From a bacterium (GTDB taxonomy: Bacteria > UBA8248): a DNA stretch of 64,000 nucleotides. Position 1 is the first letter of the stretch. Each line of letters begins with the position of its first letter. Made by a program: the position numbers and the translations under genes. Location: the NCBI GenBank assembly GCA_965213625.1, contig CBDBZU010000004.1:4032001-4096000 (forward strand), read 5' to 3'. The notes under the pieces are model-generated. The model made no database searches. It was given only the letters and a program-made list of their open reading frames with translations, and was not told the DNA's origin. Positions 1-10,558 of the stretch are shown here, piece after piece.

Positions 1-377
1 AGTACATGAACGAACTGGACGTGGACGTACTCACCTTCGAGTGCGCGAGCACGGGCGGGATGGACTTAGGCGAAATCGGAAAACGCATCACGAAACCCAA
101 GGTGGCCATCGGCGTCATCAACCACCGGGGACTCCAGGTGGAGCGGCCCGAAGAGGTGGCCGCCCTCATCCGCAAGGCGCTCGAGACGATTCCCGCCGAG
201 CGGCTTTGCATCTCCACCGACTGCGGCTTCGGGCGCGAGGGCATGAGCCGCCGCCACGCGTTCTACAAGATGGTGGCCCTATCTCGCGGGACGAACATCG
301 TCAAGAAAGAACTCGGCCTGCCGGAGACCTACATACCCGCGAGCGACGGCGCGTTCACGCTGAGTGATGAGGATTAG
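1..377 (+). CDS. Cobalamin-independent methionine synthase II family protein, C-terminal part (5' end outside window)
   Basis: Motifs VLTFECAS, AIGVINHR, VERPEEVAALIRKAL, ISTDCGFG (Zn-ligand Cys) typical of the MetE catalytic barrel C-terminus. Confidence 0.8.
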   Translation, partial: YMNELDVDVLTFECASTGGMDLGEIGKRITKPKVAIGVINHRGLQVERPEEVAALIRKALETIPAERLCISTDCGFGREGMSRRHAFYKMVALSRGTNIVKKELGLPETYIPASDGAFTLSDED

Positions 378-392
378 AGGGTCTCACCCTTC

Positions 393-575
393 GGGGGTTG
401 TTGAAAATCCCCTTGCTGTTGAGTTGGGATTCCACCTGTAGGGGCCGCATACATGCGGCCCTTCCAGTCCGGCATGCGGGACGCATGCATGTCGGACATA
501 TATGTCCGACCTACACGAAAGCGGCAATGATCCCGGAATGACGGCGGTGGTTAATTCTGAGTGATTAGGGCTTTT

Positions 576-588
<13 letters not shown>
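393..588. mobile_element. MITE-like element with terminal inverted repeats, carrying a GTAG-type REP-like pair
   Basis: GGGGGTTGTTGAAAATCCCC (393-412) vs GGGCTTTTTCAACAATCCCCC (568-588); internal GTAGGGGCCGCATACATGCGGCCC (438-461) and GTCGGACATATATGTCCGACCTAC (491-514). Confidence 0.65.
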
Positions 589-2408
<1,820 letters not shown>

Positions 2409-2580
2409 CGTCCCCTCCTTCGGGGAGGCAAGCGGCTGGTTCAACGGCGGGCGCCTCTTCAACAAAATGGGCGCCACGGCCCGAGCATACCAAATCCGCA
2501 GGCCCAGGTGAATTTCATCGGGCCATCAGGGAGGAAGGCTATCAAGTCAGGGGAGTTGGAGGGTCTTAAATGTAAGCGAA

Positions 2581-3129
2581 TCACCAGACGCCGCTGCTCG
2601 CTTCCAGCAAATGCGGATTCGCGGTCAAAATGGATAAGTCTGATTGCTTGAAATCGATGTCGTGCGTCACGAGCGTGAGGCCCTCTTTCCGGCACAACTG
2701 CGCGATCACCTGGTCGTTGAAATCGGAATGGCCGGCGCCATAGGCGTTCATCATCTCGTCGATCCGCAGCGATTCGAAACCGCTCGCCATCTGTTCGCAC
2801 TGGCTCGTCACCAGCCTGACGTCATGGGCGATTTCCGCGGCGAGCGACTCGAACTCCCCGCTCCTGCGGAAATACTTGAAATCCTTGATGTCGGGCCTGC
2901 GGCTACGCCACTCGCGCCTGGCGTAGGCGTTGATGAACTCCGAAACCACAAGCACGTCGATGTGGATGCGGCTCCTCGCCTCGTGGATGTCTCTCAGCGC
3001 CTGGGAGTAGACCTCCACCTGGCGAGTGGCCTTCGGCCGCTGTGGAATATAGATGTACCACCAGACGTTGGTGTCGAGGAACAACCGATCCTCGGGTGTG
3101 AACGTGTATTGCCGCACGTCACGCGTCAT
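2581..3129 (-). CDS. PIN-domain (VapC-like) nuclease
   Basis: FLDTNVW, SEF, SDFND, VTHDIDF acidic PIN tetrad; RBS GAGGAGG before MTRDV. Confidence 0.85.
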   Translation of the reverse strand: MTRDVRQYTFTPEDRLFLDTNVWWYIYIPQRPKATRQVEVYSQALRDIHEARSRIHIDVLVVSEFINAYARREWRSRRPDIKDFKYFRRSGEFESLAAEIAHDVRLVTSQCEQMASGFESLRIDEMMNAYGAGHSDFNDQVIAQLCRKEGLTLVTHDIDFKQSDLSILTANPHLLEASSGVW

Positions 3130-3325
3130 CGTCGCCCTCCTCATGCGTGTCGCGGCTCGCCCCCCCGAACCTGCTTGAGTCCTTACATGAATGCGCCACC
3201 ACGAATCGGCGGCCGGGAACAGGCGATCCTCATGGGTTTAATGTTTATTGCCGAACGTCATGCGTCTGCGTCGTCCTCCTCCAGGGCGTCGCGGCTCGCC
3301 AGCTCGAATCTCTCCGGGTCCTTGA
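3078..3325. repeat. Diverged tandem duplication (~139-bp period) of the STAS 3' end / PIN 5' end junction
   Basis: Minus-strand GAGGACGACGCAGACGCATGACGTTCGGCAAT aligns ungapped to GAGGGCGACGATGACGCGTGACGTGCGGCAAT; GTCGCGGCTCGCC at 3149-3161 and 3288-3300. Confidence 0.8.
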
Positions 3326-3629
3326 AGTAGCGCTTGGCCGTTTCGACGACGCGCTTGAGCAGCGCTGCGTCCTCGGGCTCCATATCCACAACGCTCACCG
3401 AGGAGCGAATCCGCTCTTCCGAGAATTTTCCGTACAACTGGCCGATGGCCGTGTTCAGGAAAGCCGAGGTCAGCATGTCGACGTTGTGGAACGAGAGCGC
3501 CGCGCCGTGTTCTTCGCCGAGCACCGACGCCAAGCGTTCATATACCTTCTGGCCATCGCCGGAAGCGACGCAAAGAGGACTGCCCACCACTTCGAAGACG
3601 GATATGGCGATATCCTTGCGCATCATCAT
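3258..3629 (-). CDS. STAS-like domain protein (DUF4325-like)
   Basis: ~123 aa, G(D)GQKVYE..LSFHNVDMLTSAFLNTAIGQL pattern of STAS-like anti-anti-sigma fold; RBS GAGAGGGG. Confidence 0.75.
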   Translation of the reverse strand: MMMRKDIAISVFEVVGSPLCVASGDGQKVYERLASVLGEEHGAALSFHNVDMLTSAFLNTAIGQLYGKFSEERIRSSVSVVDMEPEDAALLKRVVETAKRYFKDPERFELASRDALEEDDADA

Positions 3630-3637
3630 CCCCTCTC

Positions 3638-4510
3638 TCAGAAAATATCGTCGGTGCTCACCTCGGCGGCGAGCTTGTATGCGCCCGCGTCCGAGGTGTC
3701 GACTTCCAGGCTCACCGCGGTGCCCGGAAACGGGTGGGCGAGCGCCGCGGTGGAGACGCAAGCTCCCTTCTTCTCCCAGTACCCGCCGTCGGACACGATG
3801 CGGATGCAGCCGCCGTTCGCCTCGATGAACTCGCATAGCAGCTTCAAGCCCAGCCCGCCCGGCACGCCTGCGCGCTTGGTGGTGTTGTGCTCCTCGGTCG
3901 CCCAGACGATCGCGTCCACCGAGCCCAGGCTGTGGCCCATGCGGTCCCTGATGTTGCGCCGCATGCCGACGCCCAAGTCGGTCACCATGAAGTCGAAGCG
4001 CTCGAGTTCCGGAAAGAATTGCCCGCAGCTGAATATGCCGAGCCGGGTGTCGGAATGCAGCACGGCGTTGCTGAATATCTCAAAGATGCTCTCGCGGAAT
4101 TTTTTCACCAGACGCGGCGGCATATCGGGTAGCCCGGGTCGATCGATGAGTTCGCGTTCGATGTAGCCCGAGAAATGGTGATCATCGCGCACGTCGAAGC
4201 GCCTGTATGAGACGGCCGCCCCCCAGGAGTCGGGCAGCTTCGCGCGCCCGTAATGGCTCAAGAACCCGTTTCTGGAGAGTGTTTCCGCCACCTCGCCGCC
4301 AACGCCCGTGAGACGCACCGTGTTCAGCTTGCGCCCCAACTCGTAGAGAATCGCGCCCAGGGCCGCGCACATATCGGCCTCGAAATACGCCGCTCCCTCC
4401 AGGTCGACCTCGACCTCTTCGAGATAGCAATCCTTCGTCTGCGCATGAAGGCTCGCCAGCGCGTCGAAACTCTGGTGATCGTGACGGATCTCCGGCAGGG
4501 AATATCTCAC
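3638..4510 (-). CDS. HATPase_c (anti-sigma-kinase-like) ATP-binding protein with N-terminal STAS-like region
   Basis: N-box EIFSNAVLHS, G1 DLGVGM, G2 GGLGL, C-terminal FPGTAVSL. Confidence 0.8.
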   Translation of the reverse strand: MRYSLPEIRHDHQSFDALASLHAQTKDCYLEEVEVDLEGAAYFEADMCAALGAILYELGRKLNTVRLTGVGGEVAETLSRNGFLSHYGRAKLPDSWGAAVSYRRFDVRDDHHFSGYIERELIDRPGLPDMPPRLVKKFRESIFEIFSNAVLHSDTRLGIFSCGQFFPELERFDFMVTDLGVGMRRNIRDRMGHSLGSVDAIVWATEEHNTTKRAGVPGGLGLKLLCEFIEANGGCIRIVSDGGYWEKKGACVSTAALAHPFPGTAVSLEVDTSDAGAYKLAAEVSTDDIF

Positions 4511-4763
4511 GTCTTGACCTCGTGTCGCGGTCGGAATCCGCCAACAAAAAGCGGCGAACGGCCCGGTTCCGCGTGTGTCGCATGGACTTTTTCGTCCGGT
4601 ATTTCTCTCAGGTGAAGGTAAAACAGGGGGCGTGTTTTGTCCACGGGGGATTGAATAGAGGGAATTATCTCAGATTAGAGGACACCTGGAGGGCCGCCAC
4701 CCCCTCGCGTGGCCGAAGCCATACGGGTATTGCGAAATGCTTCCATTATGAGATAGATGACCA

Positions 4764-5828
4764 ATGACTGCCTTTCAACACGAACCGGCTCAGCGTGAAA
4801 TAGTCCACCAGTTAATCGACTGGAAGCGAGTTAAGAGTCGCTGTGAGTACTATCCAGCGATTGGGCGGACATTTCCAATAGAAATGCTAAAAGAACACAG
4901 CGATAATCCTCCATACTATTGCCATTATATGTCTTGGCGTCTCGGAACCTGGGAGGATGAATCTCAATTTGAACGCTTGGATGAATTGCTTTGTTGCGCC
5001 GAAGCTCTCCCTTGCTGGGAGCTTGAGAAAAGATCGTTGGTGGGTTCAGCAGATTTTGCCGAGTTTTGGTCGCTGATTTGGCAACTTCAAGTCGCAGAGC
5101 ATCTCTGCCAGGTCGGAACGGATGTGTGCTGGGCTGCATCTGGCCCAGACTTGTCTGTAAAGGTAGGTGACGAACAATGGTACGTGGAATGTTACACGCC
5201 CCGCAAATCTTTTGTATTGCTAAATTTCTTTGAAGAGCTTCTCCAAAAATACAATTCGGACATCCATGTCTATTACGACCTGTGTTTACCATTTCAACTA
5301 CCAAGGGACTCCGATCGGGAGCCATTTCTTCATGAAGTGATAAGCCGAGCTTGTGATCCTAATAACCTAGCCAAGGCAAAGGCTAAAGCAAAGCAAGAGT
5401 ATCCCGTGCCTCTGTATAAACACTCGGAAAGTTCATTATATGTATATATGGTGGGTAATAACCCCGAAGCATATACGCCTAGAACCGCCCCCAATCAGAC
5501 CGGCAATCCTAAGTTCTACATTGAGCAAGCTTTGAAAGAAGCAATCAATGCGAAGAAAGACTCGAATGCCTTGGCAGAGCATCGTCCTAATTTACTCGCG
5601 GTTAATTTCCTGCTCAGTACTGATTGGCAGTTAGCAGAGATGTTGCCGGTGCGGTTGAAATGTTTGGCCCTTCCCAAGATTGACCCCAACATAGACGCAC
5701 TTGCAGTTTCCGCAGTCGGGATTGACGAGCGATTGGACAAGGAAAAACTTAAGGTAAGGGTTCGGTCTAAACAAGTTGAGGATAGCTCCTTGAACCGAAT
5801 TGCAAGCTATCCCCACACAACCGAATAG
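4764..5828 (+). CDS. Hypothetical protein, possible PD-(D/E)XK-like nuclease fold
   Basis: 354-aa ORF, visibly AT-richer than flanks; GPDLSVKVGDEQWYVECY resembles a PD...(D/E)XK-type motif. Confidence 0.5.
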   Translation: MTAFQHEPAQREIVHQLIDWKRVKSRCEYYPAIGRTFPIEMLKEHSDNPPYYCHYMSWRLGTWEDESQFERLDELLCCAEALPCWELEKRSLVGSADFAEFWSLIWQLQVAEHLCQVGTDVCWAASGPDLSVKVGDEQWYVECYTPRKSFVLLNFFEELLQKYNSDIHVYYDLCLPFQLPRDSDREPFLHEVISRACDPNNLAKAKAKAKQEYPVPLYKHSESSLYVYMVGNNPEAYTPRTAPNQTGNPKFYIEQALKEAINAKKDSNALAEHRPNLLAVNFLLSTDWQLAEMLPVRLKCLALPKIDPNIDALAVSAVGIDERLDKEKLKVRVRSKQVEDSSLNRIASYPHTTE

Positions 5829-5950
5829 GGTTTATCTGTTAAGTGAGGAAAAAGACCCGCCACTTCTGCACATCCCCCTCCCCCTTGCGTATATCGCCCC
5901 GTTCGTTTTTAATGGGGCGATATCTTTTTCAACCCATTTCTGGAGCGATT

Positions 5951-6595
5951 ATGCGAGAAGCGGATGAATTCGACAGGCCGCCGGGCCCGCTGTTCGGGCT
6001 TTGGAGCGCGTTTTATATCGACAAGTGGCAGTTCATCAAGCGAAACCTCATGGGAGCCCGAAAAGAGCGTAAACAGGCGTTCCGCGACACCCTGAAGCCG
6101 GGCGACCCGATGCCGGACGTGCGCTTAAAGACCTCAGACGACGCCTCGTTCGACCTCTCCGATTTCAAGGGCAAGAAGAACATCGTCATCGAGTTCGGGG
6201 CCATCACGTGACCCCCCTATCGCCGGCAGGTGGCCGGCGTCGAGGATTTGCAGGATAAGTACAAGGATGAGGACGTGGTCTTCTTCGTCGTCTACTCCAA
6301 GGAACCCCACGCGGGGGAGACGCGCCATTTCAAGAAGTACGCGCAGCACGAGACGTATGAGCACAAGAAACAGTACGCGCAGGAGATGGTGACGGAATTC
6401 GGGATGAAGGTGCCCGTGCTCATCGACGACCTGGACGAGAGCGTCGTGCACGCCTTCGGGCGCATGCCGAACATGACGTTTATCGTGGATAAGGAAGGCA
6501 AGATCGCCTACAAATCCGACTGGATGGAGGCTCCGCGCATCGAGGAGTTGCTCGACAAATTGCTGGCCGAGCAGACGGAGACGGCGACCGCCTAG
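5951..6595 (+). CDS. Iodothyronine-deiodinase-like / Prx-fold selenoprotein (in-frame TGA 6209-6211 = Sec)
   Basis: Read-through gives EFGAIT-U-PPYRRQV..VVYSKEPH..PVLIDD..GKIAYK, collinear with deiodinase FGSCTUPxF and YxxExH motifs; RBS GGAG before ATG 5951. Confidence 0.85.
6221..6239 (+). promoter_or_regulatory. Bacterial SECIS-like hairpin
   Basis: CGCCGGC-AGGTG-GCCGGCG, perfect 7-bp stem with a G/U-containing loop, starting 9 nt after the UGA. Confidence 0.75.
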
Positions 6596-6701
6596 ACGTG
6601 AGCCTAAGGTTACGCCCCGCAAGCGGGGGCGAGCAAAACGATACAAGGATATACGGGCGGCCCATGCGGCGGGTCGCCCTTTTCCGTACGCATCGCGAAG
6701 G

Positions 6702-7811
6702 ATGAGAAACTTGACCTCCACCGAATACGCATGGTTTCTGCCGACGGGAAGATACGGCGACGGGCACACCATCAACGCCAAAACGCCCGAGCGTCCCCCG
6801 ACGGTGGAGTATATCTCTGAAGTCGCGCGCGCGGCGGAAGAGGCGAGCTTCGTGAACCTCCTCGTGCCGACGGGAACGCATTGTCTGGACGCCTGGATGA
6901 TCACCCTGGCCGTGGCGCAGCGTACCGGACGAATCAAGTTCTGCGTGGCCTTCCGCCCCGGGCTTTCGAGTCCCGTGCTCACCGCCCAGCAGGCGAACAC
7001 GTATGACGCCGTAACGGGCGGGCGGCTCACGGTGAACGTGGTGACGGGCTCGACGCCGGTGGATCAGAGGCGCTACGGCGATCACCTCGACCACGCGGAG
7101 CGCTACGCGCGGACGGAAGAGTTCCTGGACGTCGTGAAGGCGCTCTGGACGAGCGATGAGCCGGTGAGCTATTCGGGCAAGTATTACCAGGTCGAGAACG
7201 CCACGCTGTACGCCGAGCCCGTCTCGAAGCCCCATCCCACGATTTTCCTGGGCGGCAGTTCCGAAGCGGGCCGCCGCGTGGGCACCAAGCACGCCGACGT
7301 GCACATGATGTGGGCGGTAGCGCCGGAGCAAGTCGCCGAGGACGCCGCGGACATGCGACGCCGCGCGGAGGAAGTCGGGCGCGACGACCTTCGCTTCGGC
7401 TTGCGCCTCCACGTGATGTGCCGTGAGACCCAGAAAGAAGCCCGACGCGCCGCGGAGGCGCTTTTAGAGGACAGCGCGCTCGAGAACACGCGGATGTGGG
7501 CCGACCAGCGAAACTTATCCGAGAGCGAAGGACAGCGCCGCATGAACGAGTTGTATGAGGGCGGCTCCCCCTGGCTCACAGATACCCTCTGGATGGGCGT
7601 GAACAAGGTGCGCTCGGGCGCGGCGGCCATGCTGGTCGGCACGCCGGACATGCTGGCCGCGGCGCTCAAGGAATACGTGGACCTTGGCGTCCGCAACTTC
7701 ATCCTCTCGGGCTGGCCGCATCTCGAGGAAGCCGAGATATTCGGGCGCGAGGTGATGCCGCTCCTGGCGGACACGAACCCTGCGCGGCTCGACTCGCAAC
7801 CGGTCGCCTAG
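6702..7811 (+). CDS. Luciferase-like (LLM) flavin-dependent monooxygenase, SsuD-like
   Basis: WFLPT, LLVPTG, LDAW, KFCVAFRPG, GGRLTVNVVTG, FLGGSSEAG, LVGTPD, FILSGWPHLEEAE. Confidence 0.9.
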   Translation: MRNLTSTEYAWFLPTGRYGDGHTINAKTPERPPTVEYISEVARAAEEASFVNLLVPTGTHCLDAWMITLAVAQRTGRIKFCVAFRPGLSSPVLTAQQANTYDAVTGGRLTVNVVTGSTPVDQRRYGDHLDHAERYARTEEFLDVVKALWTSDEPVSYSGKYYQVENATLYAEPVSKPHPTIFLGGSSEAGRRVGTKHADVHMMWAVAPEQVAEDAADMRRRAEEVGRDDLRFGLRLHVMCRETQKEARRAAEALLEDSALENTRMWADQRNLSESEGQRRMNELYEGGSPWLTDTLWMGVNKVRSGAAAMLVGTPDMLAAALKEYVDLGVRNFILSGWPHLEEAEIFGREVMPLLADTNPARLDSQPVA

Positions 7812-7852
7812 AGCAAAGCGAACCCTCCCCTCTCACGACATAAGGACAAAAG

Positions 7853-8542
7853 ATGAACTACCGCGTCTTCGACACCTCTGAAATCGACCACTCGCAGATT
7901 TACCGGCTCCTCATCGGCTCGGTCGTTCCCCGGCCCATCGCCTGGGTGAGCACGATGAGTGCGGACGGCGTCGCGAACCTTGCGCCCTTCAGCTTCTTCA
8001 CCATGGTGTCGCACCAGCCGCCGATGGCGTCGATTTCCGTCGGCGAGCGCGAGAACAAGCCGAAGGACACCGCGCGCAACATTCTTGACACCAAGGGCTA
8101 CGTGATCCACACGGTGGTGAACGGCTGGGAGGAGGCGATGAACGTATGCGCGGGCAACTTCGCCCCCGATGAGAGCGAGTTCGAGGCGGCGGGTCTCGAC
8201 ATGGTCCCCGCAGACCTGGTGGACGCGCCCCGCATCAAGGACGCGCCGGTGGCGATGGAGTGCCGCCTCGAGCGCATGATTCCCTTTGGGGACGAGTGGG
8301 TGACGCACCTCGTCATCGGAGAGGTGCTGCGCTGGCACGTGCGCGAGGATTTGATACTGACCGACGAGGAGAAGATATACATCGACCCCGCGAAGCTCCA
8401 GCCCGTGGGCAGGCTGGGCGGCCCCCGGTACTGCCGCACGCAGGACATCTTCGAGATGCAGGCCCCCTACATCCAGCCCGACAGGGTGCACCCCAACGAC
8501 CCCGCGCAGAACGACGTCCAGCCGGTGAAAAAGGGTTCCTGA
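7853..8542 (+). CDS. Flavin reductase family protein (DIM6/NTAB)
   Basis: VVPRPIAWVST, NLAPFSFF, KDTARNI, PVAMECRL, PVGRLGG. Confidence 0.9.
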   Translation: MNYRVFDTSEIDHSQIYRLLIGSVVPRPIAWVSTMSADGVANLAPFSFFTMVSHQPPMASISVGERENKPKDTARNILDTKGYVIHTVVNGWEEAMNVCAGNFAPDESEFEAAGLDMVPADLVDAPRIKDAPVAMECRLERMIPFGDEWVTHLVIGEVLRWHVREDLILTDEEKIYIDPAKLQPVGRLGGPRYCRTQDIFEMQAPYIQPDRVHPNDPAQNDVQPVKKGS

Positions 8543-8560
8543 GCGCGTAGCGGCGGATAA

Positions 8561-8740
8561 GGGGTTGTTGAAAAAGTTCCTCCAGGGAGGGTCATCGAAT
8601 AGTTCACCGTAGGGACAGGCCTCCGTGCCTGTCCTGACGAAGGACAACCACGGAGGGTTGTCCCTACAAATCCATCGCGCCCACCCGCACCGCATGAACT
8701 TTCATGCCACCGCTCCCGAAACAGACTTTTTCAACCACCC
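8561..8740. mobile_element. MITE-like element carrying a GTAG-type REP-like pair
   Basis: GGGGTTGTTGAAAAAGT (8561-8577) / ACTTTTTCAACCACCC (8725-8740); internal GTAGGGACAGGCCTCCGTGCCTGTCCT and AGGACAACCACGGAGGGTTGTCCCTAC. Confidence 0.65.
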
Positions 8741-8841
8741 AGAGAACCGCCCCCTTGCGTGGTGGTTTCGCGCCCTAGTATCATCTCGCGGAATCTGAAG
8801 GGAAAACATCCCCCGCTTTGCGTAATCACGAGGAGAGGAAG

Positions 8842-9309
8842 ATGAAAAAAACCATTCTGGCGGCCATGGTTTTCGGACTTTGCCTGACCCTGGGCGCAGG
8901 GGTGAAGAAGGCCCGCGCGATGGATGACGCGGTTTCGAAGCACATGATCGCAGAGGCGACACTGACGGCGCACTTCATCGCCGCGGCCATAAAGGCGGGC
9001 ATGAGCAAAAAAGAGATTAACGCCGTCCTCGCCAAGGTGGCGAAGGAGTCCGTGATCTCGGAGTTCTGGATCAGCGACGATAAGGGCAAAATCGAGTTCA
9101 CCAACATTCCGGGAACAAGCTTCAAGTTCCCCACAGACCCAAAGGCCAAGTCGCAGGCGGCGCCGTTCGCCGCGATTCTGAGCGGCGCGAAGAAGGTGGT
9201 CGTCCAGGGCTTTCAGCCGCGCGTACTGGACGGCAAGTCCTTCAAGTACGTGGGCGTCGCGGGGGTGGACAAGACCCGCATTGTGCAAGTCGGCGTGGCG
9301 GGGAAGTAA
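8842..9309 (+). CDS. Exported protein, stand-alone Cache/PAS-like sensor domain
   Basis: Signal peptide MKKTILAAMVFGLCL; EFWISDDKG..FKYVGV..RIVQVG resembles chemoreceptor extracellular domains; RBS GGAGAGG. Confidence 0.55.
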   Translation: MKKTILAAMVFGLCLTLGAGVKKARAMDDAVSKHMIAEATLTAHFIAAAIKAGMSKKEINAVLAKVAKESVISEFWISDDKGKIEFTNIPGTSFKFPTDPKAKSQAAPFAAILSGAKKVVVQGFQPRVLDGKSFKYVGVAGVDKTRIVQVGVAGK

Positions 9310-9323
9310 TAGCGGCGCTGAAC

Positions 9324-9471
9324 GGGGGTGTTGGTAAAGCCCTGGTATATTGATTCAGAACATATATCCGAACGTCGAGAGAGTAAGAACCCTCCAGGGA
9401 GAGTCATTTCATAAGCGTATGGCGATTGAGAAACCCATTCTCTGTTTTCGGGAGACTTCTTCAACACTCCC
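9324..9471. repeat. Degenerate third MITE-like element
   Basis: GGGGGTGTTGGTAAAGCCC (9324-9342) vs GGAGACTTCTTCAACACTCCC (9451-9471). Confidence 0.45.
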
Positions 9472-9500
9472 GAATCCACCGCCAGAAAGAGCAATGAATG

Positions 9501-10160
9501 ATGAACGAGTTGAACGACGAACTTATCAAACAGATGGCGGCGGAAGCCCTCGACGTCGCGAGTGTCGATGGCGACCCCATCGCGCAATTCCGCCGCTGGT
9601 ACGCGCAGGCCCGAAACGCAGGCATCCCCCGCGAGGACGCGATGACGCTCGCCACGCTGGGGCCGAACGGCGCGCCCGCAGCCCGCATCGTCCTCTACAA
9701 GGACCTCGCGGACCTCGGCTACGCGGAGGCGGATTTCCCCTTCTTCACGAATTACGAGAGCGATAAGGCCGAACAGCTAGCGCGCGACGCAAGGGCCGCC
9801 CTCGTCTTCCACTGGAAGCCCCCCGCCCGGCAGGTGCGCGCTGAGGGCGTGGTGGAAAAACTCCCCGAGAATATCTCCGACGCCTATTTCGCCACCCGCC
9901 CGCGCGGCAGCCAGATAGGCGCGTGGGCCTCGCCCCAAAGCCGCGTGGTGCCCTCCCGCGCCTCTTTGGAAGAGCAGGAACGCGCGCTGGAAGCCGAGTA
10001 CGCGGGCCGCGACGTGCCGCGTCCTCCCCACTGGGGCGGCTACGTCCTGAAACCGCACTGCATTGAATTCTGGCAGCACCGCGACAGCCGCCTCCACGAC
10101 CGCGTGCGCTACACGCTGGAGCCGGGCGGAGCGTGGCGTATCGAGAGATTGGGGCCGTAG
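9501..10160 (+). CDS. pdxH: Pyridoxine/pyridoxamine 5'-phosphate oxidase
   Basis: AMTLAT, ARIVLYK, FFTNYES, RQVRAEG, YFATRPRGSQIGAWASPQS, EFWQ..RLHDR. Confidence 0.95.
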   Translation: MNELNDELIKQMAAEALDVASVDGDPIAQFRRWYAQARNAGIPREDAMTLATLGPNGAPAARIVLYKDLADLGYAEADFPFFTNYESDKAEQLARDARAALVFHWKPPARQVRAEGVVEKLPENISDAYFATRPRGSQIGAWASPQSRVVPSRASLEEQERALEAEYAGRDVPRPPHWGGYVLKPHCIEFWQHRDSRLHDRVRYTLEPGGAWRIERLGP

Positions 10161-10230
10161 TGCCAAAAAGCCTCTAAAGGTTCCGTCCTTTGAATTGAAG
10201 AAAGAAAAATCCTTCCAAAACAAATAATAA

Positions 10231-10259
10231 TTGCAACCTGTGTGGTTATAGGTTACAAT
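10231..10259 (+). promoter_or_regulatory. Sigma70 promoter overlapped by operator palindrome for higBA
   Basis: TTGCAA-17 nt-TACAAT; inverted repeat TTGCAACCT...AGGTTACAA; ATG 7 nt downstream with no RBS (leaderless). Confidence 0.7.
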
Positions 10260-10265
10260 CCAATC

Positions 10266-10544
10266 ATGATTATCCACTTTCGCCACAAAGGGCTTCAGCT
10301 ACTATACGAGAGGGGGAATCGGCGGCGGGTCCCATCAGCGTATGTCGACAAGATCGAGCGGATTCTAGCTCGTCTTGACCGAGCGGCAATACCAGCGCAC
10401 ATGAACTTGCCGGGTTATCGGTTGCATCCCTTAAGAGGAGAACTCGCCGGGTTCTGGGCGGTAAGAGTCTCTCGAAACTGGAGGATCGTGTTTCGCTACG
10501 AGGGCGAACACGCAACTGATGTGGATTTAACAGATTATCACTAA
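10266..10544 (+). CDS. higB: HigB (RelE/ParE family) toxin
   Basis: [47 protein letters not shown]. Confidence 0.92.
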   Translation: MIIHFRHKGLQLLYERGNRRRVPSAYVDKIERILARLDRAAIPAHMNLPGYRLHPLRGELAGFWAVRVSRNWRIVFRYEGEHATDVDLTDYH

Positions 10545-10558
10545 AGGAGAACCAAAAT

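Noticed and set aside
5843-6595. Two separate small ORFs, or a nonsense pseudogene
   Set aside because: The TGA falls exactly at the catalytic Cys/Sec position and is followed by a SECIS-like hairpin, so one selenoprotein is the better reading
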